64,000 nucleotides of DNA, from contig JAPDFW010000033.1 in NCBI GenBank assembly GCA_028826165.1, positions 124,001-188,000 on the forward strand, in the 5' to 3' direction. Both the position numbers and the translations under genes were made by a program. The first letter of the stretch is position 1, and every line of letters starts with the position of its first letter. The notes beneath the pieces were generated by a model. The model was not told where the DNA came from. It saw nothing but the letters and a program-made list of their open reading frames with translations, and searched no databases. This DNA is from Anaeramoeba ignava BMAN. Taxonomy: Eukaryota; Protista; Anaeramoebae. Below are positions 27,334 through 41,492 of this stretch, piece by piece.

Positions 27334-29323
27334 ATGAAATTATTCTTTTTCTTTTTCTTTTTCTTTTTATTTTTTTTCTTTAATTTTTCTTTTCAAAAAA
27401 AATACGTTTCTTTTGATTGTTTATCAAATTTATCACTTGAACAAGAGTTTTTCTTTCATAATTTAATTTCTGGAACAATTTCAGATTCATTTGATTCAAT
27501 TTTTTCCAATTCAAAAGAAAATCAATTAGAAAATCAATTAGAAAATCAATTAGAAAATCAAAATCAATTTGAAAATCAAAAAGAAAATCAATTTGAAAAT
27601 CAAAATCAAAATGAAATAGAAAATCAATTAGAATATCAAAATCAATTAGAAAATCAAATAGAAAATCAAAATGAAATAGAAAATCAAAATCAAAATCAAA
27701 ATCAAAATGAATTAGAAAATCAAAATCAAAATCAAAATCAAAATCAAAATCAAATAGAAAATCAATTTGAAAATCAATTAGAAAATCAAAATCAATTAGA
27801 AAATCAATTTGAAAATCAATTAGAAAATCAAAATCAATTAGAAAATCAAATTGAAAATCAATTAGAAAATCAAAATCAAAATAAAAATAAAAATCAAAAT
27901 CAAAATCAAAATCAAAATCAAAATCAAAATCAATTAGAAAATCAAAATGAAATAGAAAATCAAAATCAAAATAAAAATCAAAATCAATTAGAAAATCAAA
28001 ATCAAAATCAAATAGAAAATCAAAATAAAAATCAAAATAAAAATCAAAATAAAAATCAAAATCAAAATCAAAATCAAAATCAAAATCAAAATCAAAATCA
28101 AAATCAAAATCAAATAGAAAATCAAAATCAAAATCAATTTGAAAATCAAATAGAAAATCAATTAAAAAATGAAAAACTAACTTACCATGAAAAAATTACA
28201 CAAAGAAGAATAGACAGTAACTTCAATTACGCTTCTTCTGATTGCGGCGCAAAAGTACTCGAAAAAAATGAAAAAATAACAAATCCAAGTGCAATATTAA
28301 AAAATTCCAAAGATACATACATGCTTTCACCTTGTGAAACCAAAGAAGGAAACATATTCATAACAATCGTTTTATGCGAAGAAATTATCCTGGAAAGATT
28401 TTCAATTTCAAATTATGAATATTTTTCTTCAATGTTTAAAGATTTCCAAATTTATGGAGCTGATTCAATCCCAAATAATATGGAAGACTGGGTTCTTCTT
28501 GGGAATTTCACAGCAAATAACACACGATCAACACAAACATTCACACTTAAAAAACCAGTCTCAGTCAAATTTGTTAAATTTGTTTTTTTGGATCATTATG
28601 GAAATGAATATTTTTGTCCAATCACATCCATAAATGTTTTTGGAAGAGGTTTATTAGAGGATTTAAAAAATATTTATCATAATTCACACAAACAATATAA
28701 TTCAAGTGAAATTTATAACAACATTTATAACAACAACCAAAAACAACAGCATGAATAACACCGAGAAATATAATTATCCTTTGGATTCATTTTTGAAGAA
28801 AATCAAAAATTTGGAAACACAAGAATTTCAACCACAAATCAACTCATTACACTTGGGAATCAATCACGAAAATATTTTACAAAATTTATCTATTATCAAA
28901 CATTTTTTGATGGGATCATCTTCAAAGTTTTTTGATTCGGATTCTTATTTAGATTCTGAAAATACTGGGAAACTTTCTTCAAAATCAATTTTGGCAGAAA
29001 TGGTTGAAAGAATAATTTCTATTGAAAATTCTATTCAATTAATTTCTTATGTTGTTGAAAATTATACTATTGAATATTTTAAAAATTTGGAACTTTTTCA
29101 ACAACAAACTTTAAATATAAACGAAATGAAAAATCAAATTGAGCAATTATTTAAAAATGATGAAGATTCAAATCAACAAATTTTACAATTAAAAAAATCT
29201 CAAGAAAAATTTATTTTAAATGATAAAATTTTTTGGGGAATGATTTTGATAATTTGTTTATTATTTTGTGTCATTTCCATTTTAATTTCCATTTTTTTTA
29301 TAAAATTTCTTAAAAAGAATTAA
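27334..29323 (+). CDS. Mid-SUN domain protein (Slp1/SUCO-like) with signal peptide, NQ/EN tract and C-terminal TM; +1 frameshift near 28740
   Basis: FNYASSDCGAKVL, KDTYMLSPC, LCEEI, NYEYFSSMFKDF, HYGNEYFCPIT; the overlapping second ORF supplies the coiled coil and TM expected for this family. Confidence 0.85.
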
Positions 29324-29480
29324 AAAAATATTTGAATAAAAAGATTTGAATAAAAAGATTTGAATATAAAGATTTTTTTGATTTTTGGTTTTTATGTTTC
29401 AAATAAATGTGAAATTAAAATCAATTAATTCTTTTTTTTAAAAAAATAAAAAATAAAAAATAAAATAAAAAAACTTTTTA

Positions 29481-31876
29481 TCATATATCAAGCCATTCAT
29501 CAAAATTATATAAATTTTCGTTTTGATTTTGATTTTCTAATTGATTTTGTATTTCTTTTTCAATTTGATTTTGAATTTCTTTTTCAATTTGATTTTGTAT
29601 TTCTTTTTCAATTTCTTTTTCAATTTTTAAATTATTTCCATTTCCATTTCCATTTGAATTTTCATTTGAATTTTGATTTGAATTTTGATTTGAATTTTCA
29701 TTTGAATTTTGATTTGAATTTTGATTTGAATTTTCATTTGAATTTTCATTTGAAATTTGATTTGAATTTTCATTTGAATTTTCATTTTGATTTTCTAAAT
29801 GATTTTTTATTTCTTTTTTTATTTCTTTTTGTATTTCATTTTGTATTTCATTTTGAATTTTATTTTGAACTTCATTTTGAATTTGATTTTTGAATTCAAT
29901 ATTATCAATTGAGTTATTTATTTTTCTAAATTGTTTATTATTTGGGGTAGATTCATTAAAATCTCTTTCTGATTCACCATCAAAAGTATCAAGACTATGA
30001 CTAACAGTCAATTTATTAATAAGTTCACTTTCAAGATCATCAGTTGAAGATTTTGATTTAAGTTCATTTTCTTTTCTAGTGATTGCAAGTTTTTTTTTCA
30101 CAACTTCTTTTACTCCACTTATAACAAATTTTCTTAATGATTCTTTTGGAGATACTGCTTGTCTAAATGTTTCTGCTTCATTTGCTTCTCCATCTCCTTT
30201 TTTAATTGGATGATTTCTTCCTTTTTCTAGTGATTTTTGTCCTGTTTGTACAAATATTTCATGCTCAATTAATGGTAATTTTTCAATTGAATTAAAACAA
30301 TTATTTTCTATTGCAATTTCGCATTTGCTATTGAATTTGGATAATTCTTCTGCTGGATTTTCTGCCAATAAATTATTATCTAATGTGAGAATTTCTAAAT
30401 TTGGAAGTTCTGCAAGATGAGCAGGAAATCTTTTTAAAAAATTATGATTCAACTATTTTTAATTTTGATTTTAATTTAAAAAGAAATTTTAATTTTAATT
30501 TTAATTTTAATTTTAATTTTAATTTTAATTTTAAATTTTAATTTTAATTTTAATTTTAAATTTAATTTTAATTTTAATTTTAATTTTAATTTTAATATTA
30601 ATTTTAAATTTTAATTTTAATTATAATTTTAATATTAATTTTAAATTTTAATTTTAATTTTAATTTTAATTTTAATTTTATTTTAAATTTAAATTTAATT
30701 TTAATTTTAATTTTAATTTTAATTTTAATTTAAATTTTAATTATAATTTTAATTTTTACTTTAATTTTTTGAAGTGATTTTAATTCTGATAAACTTTTTG
30801 GAACAGAAACCAAAAGATTTGTGTTTGCATATAATATCTTCAAATTTTTCAATTCAGAAACTGAATTTGGAATATGTTTCACATCATTATTATTAAAATA
30901 AAAAGCTTGTAAATTACTGAGTTTTCCAATACTATGTGGGATTTTTGTTAATCGATTTTCATTAATATGAAGGAATCGTAAATTTTTTAATTTGAAAATT
31001 TCTGCTGGTATTTCATTTATCAAATTATTTTTTAAATTTAAACTTTGCAAATTCGATAAATTTGTTAATTCTCTATTATTTATTTAAAAATTAAAATTAA
31101 ATTTAAAATTAAAATTAAAATTAAAATTATTGAAATTAAAATTAAAAATTAAAATTAATATTGAAATTAAATTTAATATTAAAATTAATTTTAAAATTAA
31201 TATAAAAATTAAAATTAAAATTCATTTTGAAATTAAAATTAAAATTAAAATTAATATAAAAATTAAAAATGAATTTGTTTTGGAAATTAATATTAAAATT
31301 AAAATTAATTTTAAAATTTAAATCAAAATTAAAATTAAAATTTAAAATTTAAATCAAAATTAAAATTAAAATTCATTTTAAAATTAAAATTAAAATTAAA
31401 ATTAATATTAAAATTAAAATTCATTTTAAAATTAAAATTAAATTTGTTTTGGAAATTACTTTGGAATTTCTTTTAAACAATTATAACTTAGATCTAAAAC
31501 CCAAAGATTTTTTAATTTTTGAATTTCAGGAGGAATTGCAACAATACTAAAAAAAATAAAATAAATTAAAATAAAAAATTAAATAAATTAAAAAAAATTA
31601 AAATAAAAAAAATTCAAACAAATTTCTTGAACAAGATAAATGTTGTAAATTTGTCAAGTTGAATAATTGAACGTCAAGATCAACCAAAATATTATCAGTT
31701 AAATGAAGAGACACCAATTCTTTCAATTTAAAAACTGATTGAGGAATAGAACAAAGACACATTGTGTTTAATGACATTGTTGGTGATTGACCATTTTTAT
31801 AATTGGATATTTCTTCATGTGCTTGTTTTCTCCCTTCATGAATAAAATCATCTTGTGCGCAACATTTTGAAAACAT
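29481..31876 (-). CDS. Leucine-rich repeat protein; 4 exons
   Basis: LxxLxLxxNxLxxIP repeats joined in frame across three GT-AG introns. Confidence 0.88.
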
Positions 31877-32132
31877 ATTCTAAAAAAAGAAAAAATGATT
31901 ATTTTTTTTTTTAATTTTTTTTTTTTTTTTTCTTTTTTATTTTTTTTGTTGACTCATAAAATCCCAAAAAAAAAAAAGAAAAAGAAAATCCATTTTAAAC
32001 TTATTTAAAAAAAAATTCCAAATCATTTCCTAATTTTAATTCAAAATCAATTATAGAATTAATTCAAAAATCAATTTTGAAACCAATTTTGAAATGATCA
32101 AAAAAAAAAAACTTTTTTTTTAAATTTAATTT

Positions 32133-33947
32133 TTAAATCTTTTTTAAAAGTAAATCAATTATTGAATTTTCATTTAATTGATAATAATCTTTTAAATCAT
32201 CAAATTCTTCTTTTTTAATAATTTGATTTGTAATGTTTCTTTTGTTTCTTTTGTTTTTCTTCAAATTTATCATGATAAAGAAAATAAATTAATTGATGAA
32301 TTGTTGAAAATGATTTTTGTGAATAATCATGAACTTGATTTGATGAATCTTGAACATTTAGAAACATTCCTTTAAATAATTCACTTCTTATTATTAATAT
32401 TAATTTATGAACTTTAATTTCTTTTTTTTCAATAATTATTTTAAAATCTTTTGTTTCATTTTCTTGATATAATTTTGATAAATCTTTTATTATTCCTTTT
32501 CTTCCTTTTTTTGAATTAATCCAATTTGAATCAAATCCAATTTCTTTAAAAAATTCTTCAACTTCATTTTCATTTTCATTTAGATTTAAAATTTCATCTT
32601 CATTTTCATTTTCACTTTCATTTTCATCTTGAATTAAATTTTGATAAATTTGATTCAAATTAGGAAATCCAGTATAAACGAAATTAACAACATTTTCAAC
32701 ATATTCTTTTGATTTTTTTGAACAATTAATAATAAATTTGTTTAAATTTTTAATATTATTATCAAATCTTTTTAAAAGAATTAATTTATGAAGATTAAAT
32801 TTGAAACCATCTTTTGATTGAATTACCAAATCTGAAAAATTATCATTTGAATTTAATAATTGATTCATATCTTGATTAATTGAATAAATTTTCAAAAATA
32901 ATTCAATTAATTCATTTGTAATTTGATTTTGTTTCAAATCAAAAATATTTGCATCATTCATTATCATAAATTCAATTAAATCTTTTCTTTTTTCATCAAT
33001 TAATATTGAAAGAGCAGTTTGATTATCATTTGTTTTTGAATTAATATCAATTCCTTTTGAAATTAAATATTGAATAATCTCAAGTGATGAATTATATTCA
33101 CAAGCATAATGTAAAGCAGTTTCATTTTTATTTGTTTTTGCATTAATATCAATTCCTTTGGAAATTAAATATTGAATAATTTCAATTGGTGAATTATATC
33201 TGCAAATAAGATGTAAAACAGTTTCATTTTTATTTGTTTTTGAATTAATATCAATTCCTTTTTCAACTAAATATTTAATAATTTCAAATGATGAATTTGG
33301 ATTTTTATTTAAGCAATATGTAAAACAGTTTCATTATTATCATTTGTTTTTGAATTAATATCAATTCCTTTTGAAATTAAATATTGAATAATTTCAAGTG
33401 ATGAATTATATCTACAAGCATAATGTAAAGCAGTTTCATTATCATCTGTTTTTGAATTAATATCAATTCCTTTTTCAACTAAATATTGAATAATTTCAAG
33501 TGATAAATTATATCTACAAGCAAGATGTAAAGCAGTTAGATTATCATTTGTTTTTGAATTAATATTAATTCCTTTTGAAATTAAATATTCAATAATTTCA
33601 AGTGATGAATTATATCTACAAGCATAATGTAAAACTGTTTCTTTATTATCATTTGTTTTTGAATTAATATCAATTCCTTTTGAAATTAGAAGTTCAATAA
33701 TTTCAAGTGATGAATTGTTTATAATTGAAATATGAAGTGAATTTCTTCCTAATTTATCTGTTAATTTTGGATTTGCTCCTTTTGAAATTAATTCTTCAAT
33801 TATTTCTTTTGAAACTTGTTTTTCGATTGCAAAATGTAAAATTAGTTTATTTTCTTTTATTAATTCATTTTCTGAAATGTTTTTAATTTCTTTTAATTTT
33901 TCAATATTATTTTCTTTAATAATTTCCCAAATATTATTTTGATTCAT
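32133..33947 (-). pseudogene. Ankyrin-repeat + tandem BTB protein, short copy (about 8-9 repeats), frameshifted (pseudogene or assembly error)
   Basis: A 4-nt loss near 33312 (GCT TGC TTA becomes GCT TAA) plus indels near 32235-32260; both ends are nearly identical to the other two copies. Confidence 0.7.
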
Positions 33948-34047
33948 TTTTAAATTTAAAAAAAAAAGAAAATGAAAAAAATGGAAAAAAATTTGTTTTC
34001 ATTTTTTTCCTTTTTATTTTTTGAAAAGAAAAAAAGAAAATTAAATC

Positions 34048-34689
34048 ATGTTTCAAAATCTAGATTTTTTAGCTTATTGCGATACACAAATCGAAAAACC
34101 AGAAATTAAACAAAAAGTTCAGAAATTAATTGAAGAAGAAAAAAGAAAAAGTATCAAAACAATAAATGAATATTTAAAAGAAATTACAAGTCAAGATCAA
34201 TTCAATCAAGAAGTTGATGATTTTCTCCTGAAAGAACTTGAAAGAATACAAAAAGAAAAAGAGAACCGATTAGATTTCGAAAAGAAGTATCAAGACGCTG
34301 TTGAATTGGATCTTGATTCTGTTGGAAATGATGTTGAAAAAATGAAAGAGAAAATTTCTTTAATGAAACAAAGTTTAGAAAATCAAAAAATTAAAATTGT
34401 AAATACTGAACTTCTTAGTGAATATGGAGAAAATCTGCATTTACAATTTAACTCTAATTTGAACTCAACAAAACAATTTTATGCAAATCAATTACAAAAA
34501 AATCAAGAAGAAATCCAGGAATTAAATAACAAAAGAATGTATTTGCAACTTTTAGAATTTAAAAATATTGAAAAAATGGAAAAACAATGGAATGATTTAG
34601 TTTCAAAAAATTTTAAAACAAGAAAAGCTTGTGAAAAAATGAATCAAGAATTTGAAGCATTGAATGAAGTTAAAAAAGCAAAGAAATGA
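34048..34689 (+). CDS. SPF27: Pre-mRNA splicing factor SPF27/BCAS2
   Basis: LDFLAYCD...VQKLIEEE, LLKELERI, LENQKIKIVNTELLSEYGEN, ELNNKR, WNDLVSKN pattern; 213 aa. Confidence 0.85.
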   Translation: MFQNLDFLAYCDTQIEKPEIKQKVQKLIEEEKRKSIKTINEYLKEITSQDQFNQEVDDFLLKELERIQKEKENRLDFEKKYQDAVELDLDSVGNDVEKMKEKISLMKQSLENQKIKIVNTELLSEYGENLHLQFNSNLNSTKQFYANQLQKNQEEIQELNNKRMYLQLLEFKNIEKMEKQWNDLVSKNFKTRKACEKMNQEFEALNEVKKAKK

Positions 34690-34786
34690 TTAAAAAAAAA
34701 AGGAAAAAAAAATAATAAAATCTTTTTTAAAAGTAAATCAATTATTTTATTTTAATTTTGATTTTGAAATCTTTTTTAAAAGTAAA

Positions 34787-37700
34787 TCAATTATTGAATT
34801 TTAATTTTAATTTTGAAATCTTTTTTAAAAGTAAATCAATTATTGAATTTTCATTTAATTGATAATAATCTTTTAAATCATCAAATTCTTCAATAATTTG
34901 ATTTGTAATTTCTTTTGTTTCTTTTTCTTCTTCTTCAAATTTATCATGATAAAGAAAATAAATTAATTGATGAATTGTTGAAAATGATTTTTGTGAATAA
35001 TCATGAACTTGATTTGATGAATCTTGAACATTTAATAAAAACATTCCTTTAAATAATTCACTTCTTAATATTAATATTAATTTATGAACTTTAATTTCTT
35101 TTTTTTCAATAATTATTTTAAAATCTTTTGTTTCATTTTCTTGATATAATTTTGATAAATCTTTTATTATTCCTTTTCTTCCTTTTTTTGAATTAATCCA
35201 ATTTGAATCAAATCCAATTTCTTTAAAAAATTCTTCAACTTCATTTTCATTTTCATTTAGATTTAGATTTTGATTTTGATTTTGATTTTGATTTTCATTT
35301 AAATTTTTCATTTTTTTCTTCTTTTTTTTCATTTTTTTCTTCTTTTTTTTCATTTTCAATCGATTTCGAAAAACATATTCGCGTTCATGTTTATATTCAT
35401 ATTTATTTTTAATTTGAATTTGATTTTGATTTTGAATTTCATTTTGAATTTCATTTTGATTTTGATTTTGAATTTGATTTTGATTTTGATTTTGAATTAA
35501 ATTTTGATAAATTTGATTCAAAATTAGGAAATCCAGTATAAACGAAATTAACAATATTTTCAACATATTCTTTTGATTTTTTTGAACAATTAATAATAAA
35601 TTTGTTTAAATATGTAATATTATTATCAAATCTTTTTAAAAGAATTAATTTATGAAGATTAAATTTGAAACCATCTTTTGATTGAATTACCAAATCTGAA
35701 AAATTATCATTTGAATTTAATAATTGATTCATATCTTGATTAATTGAATAAATTTTCAAAAATAATTCAATTAATTCATTTGTAATTTGATTTTGTTTCA
35801 AATCAAAAATATTTGCATCATTCATTATCATAAATTCAATTAAATCTTTTCTTTTTTCATCAATTAATATTGAAAGAGCAGTTTGATTATAATTTGTTTT
35901 TGAATTAATATCAATTCCTTTTGAAATTAAATATTGAATAATTTCAAGTGATAAATTTGGATTTTCATTTTGGCAAGCAAAATGTAAAGCTGTTTTATTT
36001 TTATTTGTTTTTGAATTAATATCAATTCCTTTTTCAACCAAATATTTAATAATTTCAAGTGATGAGTTTAGATATTCATTTTGGCAAGCATAATGTAAAG
36101 CAGTTTGATTATCATTTGTTTTTGCATTAATATCAATTCCTTTTGAAATTAAATATTGAATAATTTCAAGTGATAAATTTGGATTTTCATTTTGGCAAGC
36201 AAAATGTAAAGCTGTTTTATTTTTATTTGTTTTTGCATTAATATCAATTCCTTTTTCAACCAAATATTTAATAATTTCAAATGATGAATTTAGATATTCA
36301 TTTTGGCAAGCATAATGTAAAGCAGTTTGATTATCTTTTGTTTTTGAATTAATATCAATTCCTTTTGAAATTAAATATTTGATAATTTCAAGTGAATTTG
36401 GATTTTTATTTTGGCAAGCATAATGTAAAGCTGTTTTATTATCTTTTGTTTTTGAATTAATATTAATTCCTTTTTCAACTAAATATTTGATAATTTCAAG
36501 TGATTCCTTAAATGATCTACAAGCATAATGTAAAGCTGTTTCATTATTATTTGTTTTTGAATTAATATCAATTCCTTTTGAAATTAAATGTTGAATAATT
36601 TCAAGTGATTTTTTATTTTTATTTTCGGCAAGCAAAATGTAAAGCTGTTTCTTTTTCTTTTGTTTTTGAATTAATATCAATTCCTTTTTCAATTAATAGT
36701 TTGATAACTTCAAGTGATTTTTTATTTTTATTTTGGCAAGCAAAATGTAAAGCTGTTTCTTTTTGAAATTTTGTTTGTGCATTAATATCAATTCCTTTTG
36801 AAATTAAATATTGAGCAATTTTAAGAGAATTTGAGTTTTCACTTTTGCAGATAGAATGTAAAGCTGTTTCTTGGTGGTTATATGCTTTTATATTAATATC
36901 AATTCCTTTTGAAATTAAATATTGAATAATTTCAAGTGAATTTGGATTTTTATTTTTGCAAGCAACATGTAAAATATGATCATTAGCTTTTGCATTAATA
37001 TCAATTCCTTTTTCAATTAAATATTTAATAATTTCAAGTGATGGATTTCGATTCTCAAATGCAGAATATAAAGCAGTTGAACCTGCAAATGTTTTTGCAT
37101 TAACATCAATTCCATTTTCAATTAATAGTTTGATAATTTCAAATGAATTTGTATTTTGATTTTGCTTTCCACAAACAATATGTAAAGGTGTTTTTCTGAA
37201 ATCTCCTTTTGCATTAATATCAATTCCGTTCTCAATTAATAGTTTGATGATTTCATATGAATTTTTATTTTTATTTTTATTTTCACAAATAATATGCAAA
37301 GCTGTTTCTTTTTTATTTGTTTGTGCATTAATATCAATTCCTTTTGAAATTAAATATTTGATAATTTCATATAATTTTGAGTTTTTTTTTTTGCAAACAA
37401 GATGTAAAGCTGTTTCATTATTATTTGTTTTTGAATTAATATCAATTCCTTTTTCAATTAAATATTTGATAATTTCATATAATTTTTTCATTTTTTCATT
37501 TTTGCAAATAAGATGTAAAGCTGTTTCATTATTATTTGTTTTTGAATTAATATCAATTCCTTTTGAAATTAAATATTTGATAATTTCAAGTGATAAATTA
37601 TATCTACAAGAATAATGTAAAGATGTTTCATTATTATTTGTTTTTGCATTAATATCAATTCCTTTTGAAATTAAATATTTAATAATTTCAAGTGATGAAT

Positions 37701-40700
37701 TATATCTACAAACATAATGCAAAGCAGTTTCATTATCATTTGTTTTTGCATTAATATCAATTCCTTTTGAAATTAAATATTTAATAATTTCAAATAATTT
37801 TTTCATTTTTTCATTTTTGCAAATAAGATGTAAAGCTGTTTCATTATTATTTGTTTTTGAATTAATATCAATTCCTTTTTCAACTAAATATTTAATAATT
37901 TCAAATGATGAGTTATATCTGCAAACAAGATGTAAAACAGTTTCATTATCATTAGCTTTTGCATTAATATCAATTCCTTTTTCAATCAAATATTGAATAA
38001 TTTTCAGTGATGAATTATATCTGCAAATAAGATGTAAAGCAGTTTGATTATTATTTGTTTTTGAATTAATATCAATTCCTTTTGAAACTAAATATTTGAT
38101 AATTTCAAGTGATGAATTATATCTACAAGAATAATGTAAAGATGTTTCATTATTATTTGTTTTTGCATTAATATCAATTCCTTTTGAAATCAAATATTGA
38201 ATAATTTTCAGTGATGAATTATATCTGCAAATAAGATGTAAAGCTGTTTCATTATCATTTGTCTTTGAATTAATATCAATTCCTTTTGAAATCAAATATT
38301 GAATAATTTCAAGTGATGAATTATATCTGCAAATAAGATGTAAAGCTGTTTTATTTTTATTTGTTTTTGAATTAATATCAATTCCTTTTGAAATTAAATA
38401 TTTAATAATTTCAAATGATGAATTATATCTACAAACATAATGCAAAGCAGTTTCATTATCATTTGTTTTTGCATTAATATCAATTCCTTTTGAAATTAAA
38501 TATTTAATAATTTCAAATAATTTTTTCATTTTTTCATTTTTGCAAATAAGATGTAAAGCTGTTTCATTATTATTTGTTTTTGAATTAATATCAATTCCTT
38601 TTTCAACTAAATATTTAATAATTTCAAATGATGAATTATATCTGCAAACAAGATGCAAAACAGTTGCATTATCATTTGTTTTTGAATTAATATCAATTCC
38701 TTTTGAAATTAAATATTCAATAATTTCAAATGATAAATTTGGATTTTCATTTTGGCAAGCATAATGTAAAGCAGTTTGATTATAAATTGTTTTTGAATTA
38801 ATATCAATTCCTTTTGAAACAAGATATTGAATAATTTCAAGTGATGAATTATATCTGCAAGCATAATGTAAAACAGTTTGATTATAAATTGTTTTTGAAT
38901 TAATACCAATTCCTTTTGAAATTAAATATTGAATAATTTCAAGTGATGAATTATATTCACAAGCAAAATGTAAAACAGTTTCATTTTTATTTGTTTTTGA
39001 ATTAATATCAATTCCTTTTGAAATTAAATATTTAATAATTTCAAGTGATGAATTATATCTGCAAATAAGATGTAAAGATGTTTCATTATCATTTGTCTTT
39101 GAATTAATATCAATTCCTTTTGAAATTAAATATTTAATAATTTCAACTGATGAATTATATCTGCAAATAAGATGTAAAGATGTTTCATTATCATTTGTCT
39201 TTGAATTAATATCAATTCCTTTTGAAATTAAATATTTAATAATTTCAAGTGAATTTGGATTTTTATTTTGGCAAGCATAATGTAAAGCTGTTTTATTATC
39301 TTTTGTTTTTGAATTAATATTAATTCCTTTTGAAATTAAATATTTAATAATTTCAAATGATGAATTATATCTACAAGCATAATGTAAAACATTTTCATTA
39401 TAAATTGTTTTTGAATTAATATTAATTCCTTTTGAAATTAAATATTGAATAATTTCAAGTGATGAATTTGGATTTTTATTTAAGCAAGCATAATGTAAAG
39501 CAGTTTGATTATAAATTGTTTTTGAATTAATATTAATTCCTTTTGAAACAAGATATTGAATAATTTTAAGTGATGAATTATATCTGCAAGCAATATGTAA
39601 AACATTTTCATTATAAATTGTTTTTGAATTAATATCAATTCCTTTTGAAATTAAATATTGAATAATTTCAAGTGATGGATTTGAACTTTGATTATGACAA
39701 GCAATATGAATATTTGAGATTTTTTCTTTTGCTTTTTCATGAATATCAATTCCTTTTGAAACTAAATATTGAATAATTTCAAGTGATGGATTGTTATTTA
39801 GACAGGCATAGTGTAAAGCGTTTGCAACACTTTCTTTTGTTTTTGAATTAATATTAATTCCTTTTTCAATTAAATATTCAATAATTTCAAGTGATGAATT
39901 ATATTTGCAAGCATAATGTAAAGCAGTTTCATTATCATTTGTTTTTGAATTAATATTAATTCCTTTTTCAACTAAATATTTAATAATTTCAAATGATGAA
40001 TTATATCTGCAAGCATAATGTAAGACATTTTGATTATCATTTGTTTTTGAATTAATATCAATTCCTTTTGAAATTAAATATTGAATAATTTCAAGTGATG
40101 AATTATATTTGCAAGCATAATGTAAGACATTTTGATTATCTTTTGTTTTTGAATGAATATCAATTCCTTTTGAAATTAAATATCGAATAATTTCAAGTGA
40201 TGAATTATATCTGCAAGCATAATGTAAAACAGTTTCATTTTCATTTGTTTTTGAATTAATATCAATTCCTTTTGAAATTAGATATTTAATAATTTCAACT
40301 GATGAATTATATCTGCAAATAAGATGTAAAGCTGTTTCATTATAAATTGTTTTTGAATTAATATCAATTTCTTTTGAAATTAAATATTGAATAATTTCAA
40401 GTGATGAATTTGGATTTTTATTAAAGCAAGCATAATGTAAAGTAGTTGCATTTTTATTTGTTTTTGAATTAATATCAATTCCTTTTGAAATTAAATATTC
40501 AATAATTTCAAGTGATGAATTATGCATACAGGCAATATGTAAAGCAGTTACACTATTTAACTTTGTTTTTGAATTAATATCAATTCCTTTTGAAATTAAA
40601 TATTTAATAATTTCAAGTAAATTTGGATTTTCATTTTGGCAAGCATAATGTAAGACAGTTTGATTATAAATTGTTTTTGAATGAATATCAATTCCTTTTG

Positions 40701-41274
40701 AAATTAAATGTTGAATAATTTCAAGTGATGAATTATATCTACAAGCATAATGTAAAGCAGTTTCATTATCTTTTGTTTTTGAATTAATATCAATTCCTTT
40801 TGAAATTAAATATTTAATAATTTCAAATGATGAATTATATCTACAAGCATAATGCAAAACTGTTTCATTTCCATTTGTTTTTGAATTAATATCAATTCCT
40901 TTTGAAATTAAATATTGAATAATTTCAATTGATGAATTATATCTGCAAGCATAATGTAAAACTGTTTCTTCATTATCATTTGTTTTTGAATTAATATCAA
41001 TTCCTTTTGAAATTAGAAGTTCAATAATTTCAAGTGATGGATTGTTTATAATTGAAATATGAAGTGAATTTCTTCCTAATTCATCTGTTAATTTTGGATT
41101 TGCTCCTTTTGAAATTAATTCTTCAATTATTTCTTTTGAAACTTGTTTTTCGATTGCAAAATGTAAAATTGGTTTATTTTCTTTTATTAATTCATTTTCT
41201 GAAATGTTTTTAATTTCTTTTAATTTTTCAATATTATTTTCTTTAATAATTTCCCAAATATTATTTTGATTCAT
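34787..41274 (-). CDS. Ankyrin-repeat (about 50 repeats) + tandem BTB protein, intronless; single-base frameshifts near 36626 and 35522
   Basis: Three overlapping ORFs continue the same architecture; BTB motifs FSDLVI...LHKLIL..RF and DFKII...VHKLILILRSELFKGMF. Confidence 0.85.
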
Positions 41275-41492
41275 TTTTAAATTTAAAAAAAAAAGAAAAT
41301 GAAAAAAAAATGGAAAAAAAAAAGTGAAAAAAAAGGAAAAAAATATTTTTCTTTTAAATTCAAAAACCGGAAAAAAAATTGATTTGTTGGATTTTTGTTT
41401 TTATTTTGAAAAATGGAAAAAAAGGAAAAAAAAATAATAAAATCTTTTTTAAAAGTAAATCAATTATTGTATTTTAATTTTGATTTTGTAAA

